Source: Eimeria praecox (Eukaryota). Taken from it: a stretch of DNA of 64,000 bases. The notes beneath the pieces were generated by a model that had not been told where the DNA came from, searched no databases, and saw only the letters and a list, made by a program, of their open reading frames with translations. The stretch's first letter is position 1; the number at the start of each line of letters is the position of its first letter. Below are positions 26,801 to 39,400 of the stretch, in pieces. The position numbers and the translations under genes were made by a program. The stretch lies in assembly GCA_963920595.1 (NCBI GenBank), contig OY986946.1, positions 1,116,001-1,180,000 of the forward strand. The letters are read 5' to 3'.

Positions 26801-27691
26801 CCCAACAAACAAGGAAGCGAACAGGCCAGCAGTCCGAGACCCGCTGGCGTGTTTAGCAAAGCAGTGAACCACAATGGCTGTTAAGCAAGAAAAGGCTGGT
26901 GGGAGGTAGGCAGACACATCAGATATGCTGACTAGCAAACCGAAGAAATTCAGGATCTTGTGGATGAGGTAAGAGGTTGTCATCAACCCTGGGAACAGCG
27001 TCTGTCCAACTGGGCGGCCAAGTGGATACCAACTCGCTGCGTCGCACGCCACTCATCAATCAAACTCACTTTCGTGCCTTCCTGCTGACAACAGGGCTGG
27101 CTTAGCACAAGAAAATACGAGTTGTCAGTGCTGCTCGAATGGCCCGTGTACCCTGGAGAACATCCAAGAAGAAGCTCACCATCATCATACCAGTTCCAGA
27201 ACTCGCTGAAGCCTTCATTGGCAAGGTACTTCGTTGTTCGATGATTGAAATATGGATCGAAATCGTATATTGTTGCTTCACCTCGTATCGCTGGGAAGAG
27301 ACGCGTAGACAGACAAAGAAGCATAATAAGGACAAGGCATACGACTTCGATAAGCTTGCTCCATCTGCATCCAGCCTTCCGGACCTAAATAAAAGCATTC
27401 ACACCCGCATACTGGCACGAAAGGCCTAACAACCAAATATCGCCACCGCCTATCCGGGTACCGTGGACGGCGGCACCGCTGCCAGGGCACTTCTGCAACT
27501 AGGCGCGTGTAGATGATAACAATAAACTGATGCCTTGTGTACACTATGGCGCATTCACCCACGCATGGGCTTACTTTACAAGCTGCGGCGCTCAGGAAGA
27601 AGCGGCGCAGGACACCTTCAAGAGACAAGCTCGTCTCTGGGAAGACACGAGTTGCAGCCGTCTCATTTAAGTCAGCAGATCCAACTGTCAT
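23833..27691 (-). CDS. STT3: Oligosaccharyltransferase catalytic subunit STT3
   Basis: [25 protein letters not shown] (DxE), [17 protein letters not shown] split by an intron, DNNTWN, DDLNK (DK motif), [13 protein letters not shown]. The 5' exons are less certain. Confidence 0.96.
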
Positions 27692-28512
27692 GTTTGATAG
27701 CTTTATTGGTTCTTGAGTGCAGGATTCGCGGTGTACAAGTCCTACATGTATGGGGCAGTTGTATTGGTCTCTTCATCAAACGGGCCAGATGAAGCTCGAG
27801 CTCGTTCAGTCGTAAAAGCGGTTCTCCTCGACCCAGCCACACACTAGGCCAACCGCATACATGAATTCGCAAGCGTTTTCCCGTGAGCAGCTAAGCTACG
27901 AGAAACCTTGTCAAGCGGAGTCTGTAGACAGTGGGTACTAGGCGCTGGCAAAGTCGGTCAGATCCAAAGGCAAAGGCTTGTGGAGCATTAGTTTCAATGA
28001 TAACACATGCTGTTTAGATGCGCACATGTCCCATTTCATCCTCCAGTCCGGGGAGGTTTTTAGCAATAGAACCTTCCCTCCAGGGGGAGCAAGACATGTC
28101 GGCACACCACACAACCGCGATATCCTTAACTATGTCTTTCCTTAAACACGCATGATGCATACCAACAACGTGATAAATTTAGAGACTTCTGTGTTTAGTT
28201 ATACTCTAGCTGTCTAAACTCAGAGCACGCCGGGTGGCAAGCAGGAAGGCAGGCTAGTCCCAGTTCAAGCAGGGCCCCGGCGGGCCCCGCGGTATCGAAC
28301 GCGGGATACTGATGAAGCAAGGGCCACCCTGTTGGAGAGAAACACGAAGTTTAGCAGCATTAATACAAGGTTAATGGCTCTCCGCGTTCTGCCTCGCATA
28401 GCTTCATCCTTGCGAGCTGTGACGGGGGACGCGCGTTTCATAGCACGGCCTACGTAGTTGCAAGGGGATCGTTGCATATTGTTGTACGACGCACGGCAGT
28501 GCTTCCTTCCTA

Positions 28513-31500
28513 ATGTTTCCTCTTTCCCCTCCGTCATGCAGCCCTCCCCCAATACCGCTTATATGCGTGTGCGCGCCCAGAGGTCTACACGCCTTGCTCT
28601 GGCAAACGTTTGAATGCGAACGAGTTAGCTCACGCAACAGACGACAGCGCTTGACCTATGTATTCTGCGATGCAAACGAGGTGAATGTGATATATAGCTA
28701 TCGAGATATTTAAAAGGCAGGGAGGTACTGACGGTCCGGGTCAAGGAGCCACTAGTGTGACTCACACGGGACAGCTTTGGTTGCTGATAGCCTATAGTAC
28801 TGCGTCAGCTGTACTGGGCGTGCATTCTTCAGGCGCATACTTGTGGAGCTTCATCACAAGATGGGGCGTATGAGGACATTACTAAATCTGGCCAGACAGA
28901 GCCGTCAATTTCAGTGGCTGGCCCGACACCCCAGCTAAACTCCCCCGGCGCACACGCCAGTCGAGACCAATACTCTCAGCCTGACGGCGATCATTCAGAA
29001 GGAAGCTCCATGAACACGGGCAAGTGCGTCTCCGCAAAAGTTTTATTTCCATCGGAGGCCCCAGGCACAGGTGCAAGGCGGGAGAAAGGCCCCCAACGTA
29101 AGAAGATTATATCAGTAAACCAACTTTTGAACAAAGTAAGTTGAGTTGGCGATCTTCTTCGTGGAACCCAAGGCACGCAAGCGCTTCTATTTTTCCCCTA
29201 GGTTTTTTTGGCTTTTGCTAGTGTACAATGGTGTTCTCAGGGATTTCTCAAGCACGCATGGATGCAGCGAATGCGTACGGAGAGGCCTTCTTGCCTTATT
29301 TTGTCCTTCGATTGGAGAAACGTTTATGACACGAAGATCTCCTGTTGCAGCTGCTGCGCCACATCTGCGCCATCATCCCTGGACGTTTCTGGCCACTCAC
29401 CTTGTTCAGCATCCAGAGCGTGTTGCACTCGGGATGGCTGCGCACAGCGTATGGAAAATCAACGGGATGACCCTTCAAGTCCAGCACATTTGGCTGTGTC
29501 TCGTACTACTGCTTATGATGACAATATGAGGCCAGCTCAATCGAGTACCCCAGGTTCAGAGTCACCCTCTTCAGCCCCAGCGACGACGGGATCCAGAACA
29601 CCTGGCAGCTGCAGCGAGGCCCGGTGTGCCTCCCGAGGAAGCGCAGTTGCAGCTGCCGAGGCGGAAGCAATGGCTACCATTGAGTTTTTCAGAGACAGGC
29701 TTCAAAGGCGCATTGTTGTCCCCAAGATTGTGAGTATAACGTTTTGTAGAGCTCATTGGTTTTCGCTTGAGCGGACTCCACGTCAATAGCCATATCAGCT
29801 GAATACGACGGGCGATTTGTGGGCCAGTCAAGTGTGCTGCTGTTTTCTTTACCAGATAGTCTTTGTCATTTTACCCACGGGAATGGAAGATCCGCAATCG
29901 GCCGTTGGGTTTCTGAAGAAACTCAATCCAGCAGACATTGCTGCGATCTTCATAACGTGCGGTGTGGAGGACTTGAAGGCAAAACTGGAGAAGCTGGAGC
30001 AGGTGATAGTTCACAGTTTGTGTTTCGGCCCTTACCAAGATCCCATCCTTGAAGATGAATGACCGGTTCTGTTTCTTTTGTCCCTTAGATACTTTGGGCA
30101 ATGACAAATCGCATTTGTTGTGGGCATGTGGCTGATGTTCCAGGTTTCCTTCGACTGCAGCGTGGAATATTACGAAAGTGAAGCTCGGCGTTACAGGAAG
30201 CAAACGCAAGTGACTTTTAAAGGGGATCGCTCGCAAACCAGCGCATTCCATGTGTATCAGGTTTGTCTCCGTCTGAAGATGTATTCTGATTTAGCTTGTG
30301 TATCGTGATGGCGCCTTCAATTCAATGACTGCACGTTAAAGCTGCTGAAAGCTGTCACCATGCGTGAGTTGAATTGCTGATGTCAACAGACCAGGTGCCT
30401 AATAAAGGCTGGATATATGCTGGAGTTCGCACAGCAGCCGCACGCCGCAATGAAGAGTTACATCACTGCCTGGCAGTTCCTCACCAGCTACTCACAAATG
30501 GCTCCTGCACTGGAACGGATGACTGTTTGCAACTTGATAAGCGTGCGCATGTACCCGATGTATTTCAAAGCTAAAGAGCCGTCAAAGGCAGCTCACCACG
30601 CCCGCGAGCACCGCGCAGTTCTTCGAGAAAACATTCCAGAGTCACCGTTACAGGGCTATTTACTTCCGCTTTGGCTAGCCCAGCTGCATCAGCTGCTTGC
30701 CCAGTTGTGCGAAGATGCCATGCGCACGAGCCCTTCGTCTCTCGATACTCGTGACGTATGGCAGCTAGCTGGTTTTCACTATCAAGCAGCTGCTAGGTAC
30801 CTTCAGCATGTTAGAGCCTGGATCAGGACGGCAAAGGAGGTTCATCCTCCACCTTCCATGAAAGGTGGGCTCGGGGTGCCCTCTGAGTGGCTTGGGCAGC
30901 CGGATACCCTCCAGGTGCGTGAGGTTCACATTGCGCTCATGCAGCAACGTTTTCATGGTGTCGGCTAACTGGAACATACACATTGTCTGCCTGTGCCATT
31001 TGCATGTCTCAATGCTTCTATGCTTGCTGGCATGCCGTATTTCTACAGCACGGAACTGGCGCCTTCACAACCCCAAGCTCGCAGGACCCTGACGCGGCTG
31101 CTGCTGCTGCCCAAGAAGAAGTGTTCCTTCGATTTATATTTTTCTTTAACGAGGCACAAGTGCTTACGCATGCGACACACTTGCTCTCCAAAGCCCATAT
31201 TGCATTCAAGGTTGGTTTTGACAGTGTGTGCAGGCTGCCGCACTTATTCTTAGCGAGGAGAACCCTTGCGGCAAACGCATGCTAAGTTTCAACTACGAGT
31301 TGCGTACAGGGTACCGTGCGTTATGCAGCTTGTCGGAGGCTACCGTAGTTGTCCGATTTTGGCATGCGAGCTCGCCGACGCTATGTTCGATGGCCATCGC
31401 CTGATGACGGCGCGTCAGCTTTACTTCACCCTGGCCACGGCTTTTGCATCATGCAAGTACGGCCACCAAAAATCGTGGCACCTTGAAGCAGTGCCAGCAG

Positions 31501-34500
31501 TGTGCAGTGCTGCGGAGTCTGGGGCACCACAGCACGCTCTCGATGTTGAATGCCGCGAACAGCCTAGGAATGAGAAGGCTGTTTCCCAACGAGTGACGGT
31601 AGACGGCGACACTGGAAGTCCTGAGCTTTTCTCAGCTGTTCACGCCACTACGTCTGCAAGGCAATCCGAAAACTTCAACCAGCTTGTCCCTGACGAGCCG
31701 CATCTGCCCCCTGGCAGTCGCCTGAGGTTTTCTGGTTCTACGAATTGCACAGGGTGAGCAAGGCCAAATGGGTATTGCCAGTAGAGCAGCTTTTATCTAT
31801 ACAAGGATGTGAAGCGCACAGTGAGCAAGTCAGAAATTCTTCCTAGTCACCGCTGTCCACAAGTGTTTTGTGCTCCATGCTGCAGGTGGTGGCCCTTGTA
31901 TCGCTACGTGTTGGCGAGACTTACTCTGTGCGTTTCTTATTTGCTGTCAATTCCGCCTGCGGACTTTTTGCACAAGATTGCTCGAGTTGACTCACGGTTT
32001 AGCACTGCAGTTGGAGATTCAGGTCGATCTCTACCTGTTGCTGAGAATGTGGAGCAGCCTTCATTGGCTGCTAGCGCAGCGGCTCCGTTTGATGCATCTG
32101 CGGCGGCAGTTACTGGAGGGGCTCAAGCGGACGCTGAGAACTGCCATATTGCCCTAAAGGCCTCATTCGAGATTATAAACATTCTTGCGCTTCGGGAAGA
32201 TATCGAGGATAGTGATGGCTCAAAGCGAAAACAGATGCACCGTTATGTAGAGACGCTCTTGCCATTGCTGCGACGCTTCGAACAGCCATATGGCACCAGC
32301 CCGTGGATATTCCATTTGGATTTGCACGCAGTTGTGGTGTGGACAGACTTCAGCTCTGAGTTGCATCGTGAGCAGATGGTTTCAGACAATGATTTATTTG
32401 CGAGGCATAGGGTTTCTGTGCCTCGAACAGGCTCTGAAAGTGATTCTTTTTCGGAAGGAGTCAAGATTGGCAGAGTCTGTTTTCAGCACCGGCTGGGATT
32501 TGATATCTCTGTCCTGACTTTCGCCGAGCTCGTAACGAACACCGGGAAGAAGGCAAAGTGCCTTCTGGCTGCTTCGAAGGATTCTCCGCAAACATCAGCC
32601 GAGGAGAAAGTTGGTCATATCTCGCTATCTCATGGAGCACTTTGCTACTGTGACTTGTACCTGTCCCCCCAAGAACTAAGAGATGTCAGTGGCTCAACAG
32701 TGCGCCGTCTCCACCTTTCCTGGGCTCTGTGCCCTTCTGTTTGCTTCCAGCTTACTACATTATGCTCTTTGGAATGGGAGGTGTCCCGTCTTCCTGGCAA
32801 ATCAGTTGCTGCATTTAGCTTTTCAGAATCCCAGGCGGTCCCTGACGGCTGTTGGCCTTCTCCGATTCGGCGGGCTATTCGCTTTCACAAGCTATGCATT
32901 CCGCCGTCGCCGCTTTGTGATGTTGAGCGTCCCGGGCTAGCTGAGCCGCTCTTGCCGTCTGTGTGCTTATCCAAAGTACGTGTTTACAAACGTCTGTTGC
33001 TTACAGTGTTCGATCTACTTCAGCACAGCCTCGTTGTGCGGGAATTGTGAGCTGCAGAGTTTGCCTAGTTCGGTGCTGGCTCAGTCACTATATTGTACAC
33101 TTTCTGCACCCTCTGTTCAGGATTCCTTCAAGCTTGACACTGTTGAAGCCTACCCGTCAAAGTGCATCTGCATTGGCGAGCTTGCCCCATACATAGTGCG
33201 GTTAACTATTAAGCAGGATTGGAGCGAATGCAAATTCAGTATTGGTTTGCAGTGCACGGCGCAAGAATCTGGGGGCGAAAATGACCGTACAGTTGACACC
33301 TCAGTTCTTTTGGAGGATGAATTTGAGTCTTATCTGATGGAATTGAGCGATGCAAAAGAGCTTGATGATGATGAAGGCCGAACGACAAACGCAGGGGAGC
33401 AAAAGGAAACCAATGGAAGCATGCGCTTGCCTACCTACCCCAGGCTCTTGCGAGTCCCCACCAATGGATCACCGTGTTTGCCATTTACTGTAAAAAGGGA
33501 TGGTTCAGGGCTCGAATGTACAAGTACGACGTCCTTCTTGAATGCATTTCTCTTTGCGGGTTTACACGGCGTGCCGCATCTACAGGGATATGTGTTGCAT
33601 CATGCCCAAGGAGGCTGGTGCCGGAAGGCAGTGGAAACTCATTCAGCCTCTCGAAGTCATGCACACTTCCATCCTGAGGGGAATCTGCAGAGTTATTGTG
33701 GCTGTATTGTTTGCAGAAGAAAGGGGGGGGGCTGGTGGGCGTGAACGAGTGGCTTCTCCATGGGTATTTGACCCGCGGGAATACCGCTGCCAGCTTTCTG
33801 TAGCTGAATGGAGAGCGCTTGCTGGAGCGGACGCGCAAGACGCTGACGAGGGACTCACTTCGTCCGAGGGAGTTAAAGTTATCTGCGTGCCTATGTTCAT
33901 CCGTTTGCGTCGCTCGGGGTGTTTCGATGTCCGCGTTACTGTTGACATAAACCTTGATGATATTATTCAGAGGTTGACAACCACCAGCGCCGTGGACTGC
34001 CAACGCTGTTTGAGCCTATCCTCGAGCTTGATATCCTTTCCTTCATCAGGTGAAGGCGGGCCGTGTGAAGCTCGCCAGGTGAACGTCACAAATGTTTCCG
34101 GTATTGCTCTTCAACTAACGGACGTAAAGCTCTGTAGCTTTGAGGACCAGAGATTCTCGTGTGATACTTCCGGTATGGTTTCATTTGCCGCGTTGCCATG
34201 CCTGATGGGCGTCAACAATTTGTCCCATGAAGCAGAAGAACCCTTTTGGGCGCCTCACAGAGTACTCAACGGGAGCTGATGTTTGGCGCGTATACCTTTA
34301 TTCAGTGTGATTGAGTTCACGAAACTGTGCATTTCTATGGCAGGGGGGCAATTCCTTTTAGCACTGGCTGTGATACGTGCTTCGCAGCGAAGCCTCTGGG
34401 TCATCAGGTTTCCTTCATCACTCCAGACCTCCCGTGTACTCTGCTTCCGGGCGAATCCTGGTCAGGGATTTCGAGGACGTTTAGTTCATCAGAACAGGCC

Positions 34501-35900
34501 GCAGTGCGTAATGCCATCCGTAGATCTTTTCTCCTCTACATGTAGGACAAGAAATGCTGTGATAAAAGCGAGGATCATTTGCAGTGCTCCTTGCAGATGT
34601 GTGGCGCTCAGGTGCTTTTGAAGTACACCCGAACAGCTGACTACTTGCCCTTCCCATTCTATTGTGCTGACCTCGGCATTAAGGAGAACTTGACTATTGT
34701 ACGCTGTAGACTGACCCACCTCAGCAAGCATGCAATGCTTGCATTTGACAGAAAATTTGGCTTTGGTGTACAGCTGGGGTTGATGACGAAGTTGTTTGTC
34801 ACTGGCGTTCTATTCAGTATTGCTTACTGCTGTGCTATTTACAGGCACGCCTTCCAGCAGTAGTAAAACCGTTGTGGTTGCAGTGTTTGCATATTAACCT
34901 GGCTCATCCAGTTACGTCTGCGGTCGGCGTCCCGTTTGCGTTTTCGGCAGCGCTTGAAAATTTAACCCGGGAGGCAATGGTGAGCTGCAGTTGCCTTCAC
35001 TAGCCAGCTTCCTTTAGATTCCCTTGAAGCGAAGTGTGCATGAAACAAAATTAGAGGCACTTTTGTGAGTTTGGTTGCACAGGAATTGGTTGTGCGATTG
35101 TCCTACCCCCAAAGCGAAAGCCAAAACTTGGAGGACTCAGCGGACCTCAGTTCAGTGACAGTTTGTTCTGACTGTCCATTTATGGTCGGTGGACAAATTA
35201 AGACGCAGGTCATCATTCTTCCGCTTAGCACAAAGTCTCTTCATTGGACCCTTGTTGCCTCAAGGTGAGCGGATTTCATTTCCTTTCATTATGCGGGGGA
35301 GGCAGCGTTGCGGCAACTGCCGGTAGGGTTGCCGTTGGGTCGATGTACTGTGCATAAAAGGCGATTTTGAGCTCAGGCCAGGATCCTTTAGGCTACCAAC
35401 CGTTCTGGTTGAGGGTAGATCGAAGTCAGTAAATTTAGGATGGCATAAGGGGACGCCGTTCACCACTAGTGCAGGCAGTGCCGAACCGGTTAACTGGGAG
35501 TGTGCTTCCAACCCGGCTCACGTCCTTGTTTTCTCAAGATAATGCAAGCCGGGAAAAAGATTGCCTGCCATGCTTTTCTACTGCCAGGGTTAATTGGGGA
35601 ACTCGAACGTCGCCTGTTGCTGGGTTGTAATTTAGTGCTCGAAGGTGACAGTAGCGAGCAGAAAAGCTTCATCTGCCAGCTTTCGCTGAGGCCCGGCTTA
35701 GCGGCTGTCCTCCCCTGAATGTTTGGTGCATTGTGGGCGCCTCAAACTTTGCAGTGCGCCCCTAAGGAATAAATCGACTGCCTTGGTCTGCCTGTAGGTC
35801 TGCATAACCTCAGGTTTGGATAACCTCCCGATCCCCGCCGCTGTTATTTGGAACTGTTCGTGTGCTCTTCTGCGTACGATGTTCACGTCTTACACTGACA
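28513..35900 (+). CDS. TRAPPC11: TRAPPC11 (foie gras)-like TRAPPIII subunit; ends approximate
   Basis: Colinear motifs GFLKHAWMQRMRTERPSCLILSFDW; IKAGYMLEFAQQPHAAMKSYITAW; LWLAQLHQLLAQL; AGFHYQAAARY; HLLSKAHIAF; ELADAMF; WWPLYRYVL. These parallel the metazoan TRAPPC11 blocks GILKTGW...ELDW, KIAFFSEL, PGFYYQQAA and GWWTLL. The C-terminal exons are beta-rich, consistent with Ig-like domains. Confidence 0.75.
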
Positions 35901-36449
35901 GTTATATAACTCCAGGTCGATGCAGCCAACAAAATATAGTATGTGGCAAATTCCTGTGGCAAGTACCCAGCGGCCCTTTGCATTTCTAGTTGCTCGCTTA
36001 AGCACAAAAGCTCTACATAGCACCTAGGTGTGTCTTTAATGTCTTTAATGCTAGTCAATGGCAAAGCTTGACGAGAGTAGTGATCGCGCAGTCCCCGCAA
36101 TTGGCAGCATGCAAGTACATGGTGCAGGCGCCGAACTTGTGAAAACACGAGTTAAACGGTGGCCTAACCCACCATTTACAAGTTACCTACGAAGTGCCAA
36201 CACGATTCCTGGACTGGCCACTGGCCAGTGGCTAAGCCTGGGGCGTAGCACTTCCTACGGAGGCTGCGCGGGCTGCACCATGCCACAGACGACTCCGTAA
36301 CCAAAAACATATGTTTCTTCCTCTAATAGTACCAGCAGGTTCAAAAATATCCTGATAAAATCGCACTCGAAGCAGCCTAGAAAACTCGGGGAGCATTCTT
36401 CACCCTCTTACGGTCCCTACAATCCCCCGTCCTTGCTCTTTTCACACGA

Positions 36450-39400
36450 TTACCCCAGCATAGTTGCTGGTAGCCGTGACATTGCCACATAGGACGCTTC
36501 TCCATTCGCCGTCTCCACCTGATCCTTAGCCGCCAGCAATGCACCAACAAGCCTCCGCTCCTGCGGGTGTGCGCGGAGTGATTGCACATATTCTTCGACA
36601 GCATCATTTTCTGCGCTGCCCGTGCCTGCCTCCTGAAACAACCTTGATTCGCTGCGCATCCCCTGTTGCCAAATAAAGAACCAAGGCGACCCCGGACCGT
36701 TCACAGCTTGCCGCATTCTATCGAGCAGTTCCCTATCGAGTAGTCCAGCGGGGCCTCCACTAATATGCCGTAAAGCAGTCCGTAGGACTGCAGCAACTGA
36801 ACTCCGACTCACGCCAGCAGCAGTGGCCAATGCAGCGTCACTCATGGCACTGAGACCCAGCGCCATATGGGATCGCAAGTAGATGGGCAAATTCAGGAGC
36901 TCTGCTTGCAGGTCGGCCAGAGTTGCTAGGCCCTGGGGTGAACGCTCCCGTATGAAAGGCCGAAGTAACCCCTCGAGACTCACTAGACCCAAGTCCCTCC
37001 CGAGACGACTGAACACTCGGAAGAACCCTTCCTCAGTACCAGCTGTGATGAATTCTCTTCCTCCCTGAAGATAGACTGCACGGCGGAAGTTAGTCTCGGC
37101 ATTAACAGGAGGGATTGCAAACGACTGAGGGAATACAGTAGAAGACCTTAAACAGACCTGCCGCAGCGCTGCATCAACTCCGCTGCAAAGGAGCCATTCG
37201 TCTGAATCGTCGAAGCAGCACATGACGCTGAGGCTTCCGGTATCAACGGTCAGCAGCGGTTGGTGGCCGTTGATCCGCTGGCGAAGGTCCCAGAGTCTGC
37301 AGGTTTGATCAAAGGACGCTGTGACAAAAAGATGGGGAGAGATATGTGCGAATCGCACGATGTTAATGCTGTCTGAGTGGAGACCACTTAGGGTTCCCAG
37401 TCTCGCACCCGTGGCCACGTCATGAATTGTGAGATCTGCGCTTCTCCCGGACACAAGAAGGTAGTCATCTGTGCTATTGACAGAAACAGAGCTCAGATCT
37501 TCGCAAGCGCAGTACTGGTGCACAATGCGCAAAGATGCAGTGCCCTCCCTGCTAAGACGTTCGCCTCGCCCGCAGCGCCTAAACCACGTTAAAGCAGCTG
37601 TCACTGTTGAGCCGTCCAGACAGTCATCACGATCTCCGGAATACTGATCGTCGTGGATCACCTCGTAATCACCTGTCTCCACATGCTGCCGCTGTTGTGC
37701 AAGCTGTCTAGGCTGCATGTTAACAGGCAGGCATGACTGAGAGTGGAAGGCTGAAGCCTTTGGCATTCTTCCGCGGTCCCCTTTGATCTCGTTCGTAAGT
37801 ATATCGTCCTGCTCTCTCCAGCGAACAACGTAAGGGATGCCAGAAACGCCAGCAGCGCACACGAACAGCTCCGGGTGGTGTTTCAGCCAAGAAAGCGCTA
37901 AAATGGGATGGCTATCGACAAGTTCTGTCCCTAGGACCACATCCCGCTTCCAGTCGAGAACACGCACCTGTTTCCACGCAGACACATGCACGCAAAGAAG
38001 CGCATGAAGTAGAGCATCTTCAGCCCACGCATGGTTCGCCGTTTGCATGAATCAGGCAGTGCAGTAAAGGAGGTGAGCATGGGGGAGAAAAACACAGGTA
38101 AAACAGGCCGACAAGTGTGTATGATTCTCTGCTGCCGTGAGACGGATTAACTAACGCAGAGCTCCTCTTCTCCAGTATATCAGGGTGAGTTCTAACGCGA
38201 AGAAGGGAGAAGATAACTGGAGTGCTCACCCTTCCATCATTGTTACCCGTGAGCAGCACGTTACTCTTCGCTGGGTGATACTCAAACTGCCTCGCATTCA
38301 CTGATGACTGCAGAATCCACGGTTTGCACAACCTCGCGTCCTCCTCTTCCTGTACTATGCCTGCATACCGCTGTGCAGTGCCTGCAGATGCCGCTGAACC
38401 CGCGCTGGAGTGTATAATGTTTCCCTCTTGGCCTTGTTCACTGCCCTGTAGTGCGATTCCTTCTGTGTGCTTCGAGGCGCTGGTAGGCTCCCTATCCTTT
38501 AAAACCTCCGAGAGAGCACACATAGAAGCGTCGTTGTCGCGTTTGTTCGCTTCATGCTGTTCGGTGTCGGTGGGACAAGAATTCAACCGAAGCTCTTCGA
38601 ATAAGCTTTCCACGTACAGGCATGGCTCCCTTTGCGAGCAAGCATCGCCTGGCTCAGCTGTGCGGAACACGGGTTCCTGACCAGCTTCACGGCGCAGAAC
38701 TAGTGTTGGTTCGCCATCTGCAGGACTGGTCGTTTCCACTGATAATGTATTGTCTTGTGTCCACGCAGAGAGGGGCGAGAGTAGCCAGGGACTAGCTTCA
38801 CTTGGAGGCCTCTTATCTTCAGAGGGGCACTGATGCGCATCGCATGGCGACAAAGCAGCTCCACTTTGAACGCCCGTGGAGTTTCCGCGAAGATATCCGG
38901 TTTTCTGAGTCGGAGGGCCCCGTGAAGCGCATGTGAGCGTCAAGCAACCTGCACTGGCCGACGCACCGCACCTGGCTAATGAAAACGGTGCTATAGCGAG
39001 GGTGAGGCGCTCACAAGACGTGAGGCGCAAGTCAGCGGCCAGTTTCGCGGAAGGTAGCGGCTGTTCCACGTGGTGTTCTCTGGGATGTGTCGACGCAAGC
39101 CAGAAGCGCAACAGGGCTACCCTTGATGAATACACTGTTTGGCCGCTTCTGTCCTTTCGTCGGCGGCAATTGGGACGGTCCGTTTTTCCATCTAAGTAAC
39201 TGCTGCCCAATTGTGGCTCTCCTACCGGTGAGGCAGAGATGAGTGGCAGCATGTATTTTCTCTCCAGCAACGTAAGGAATAGCAACCGCACCAAGTCCGT
39301 TACTGTTGCATCCGTCGGCAACAGCAGCGGCACATCCTCCGGGAGACCCGTGAACGACGTTGCGGCTGCAACATCCCATTCGGTCCCTAGGCTATGCCAC

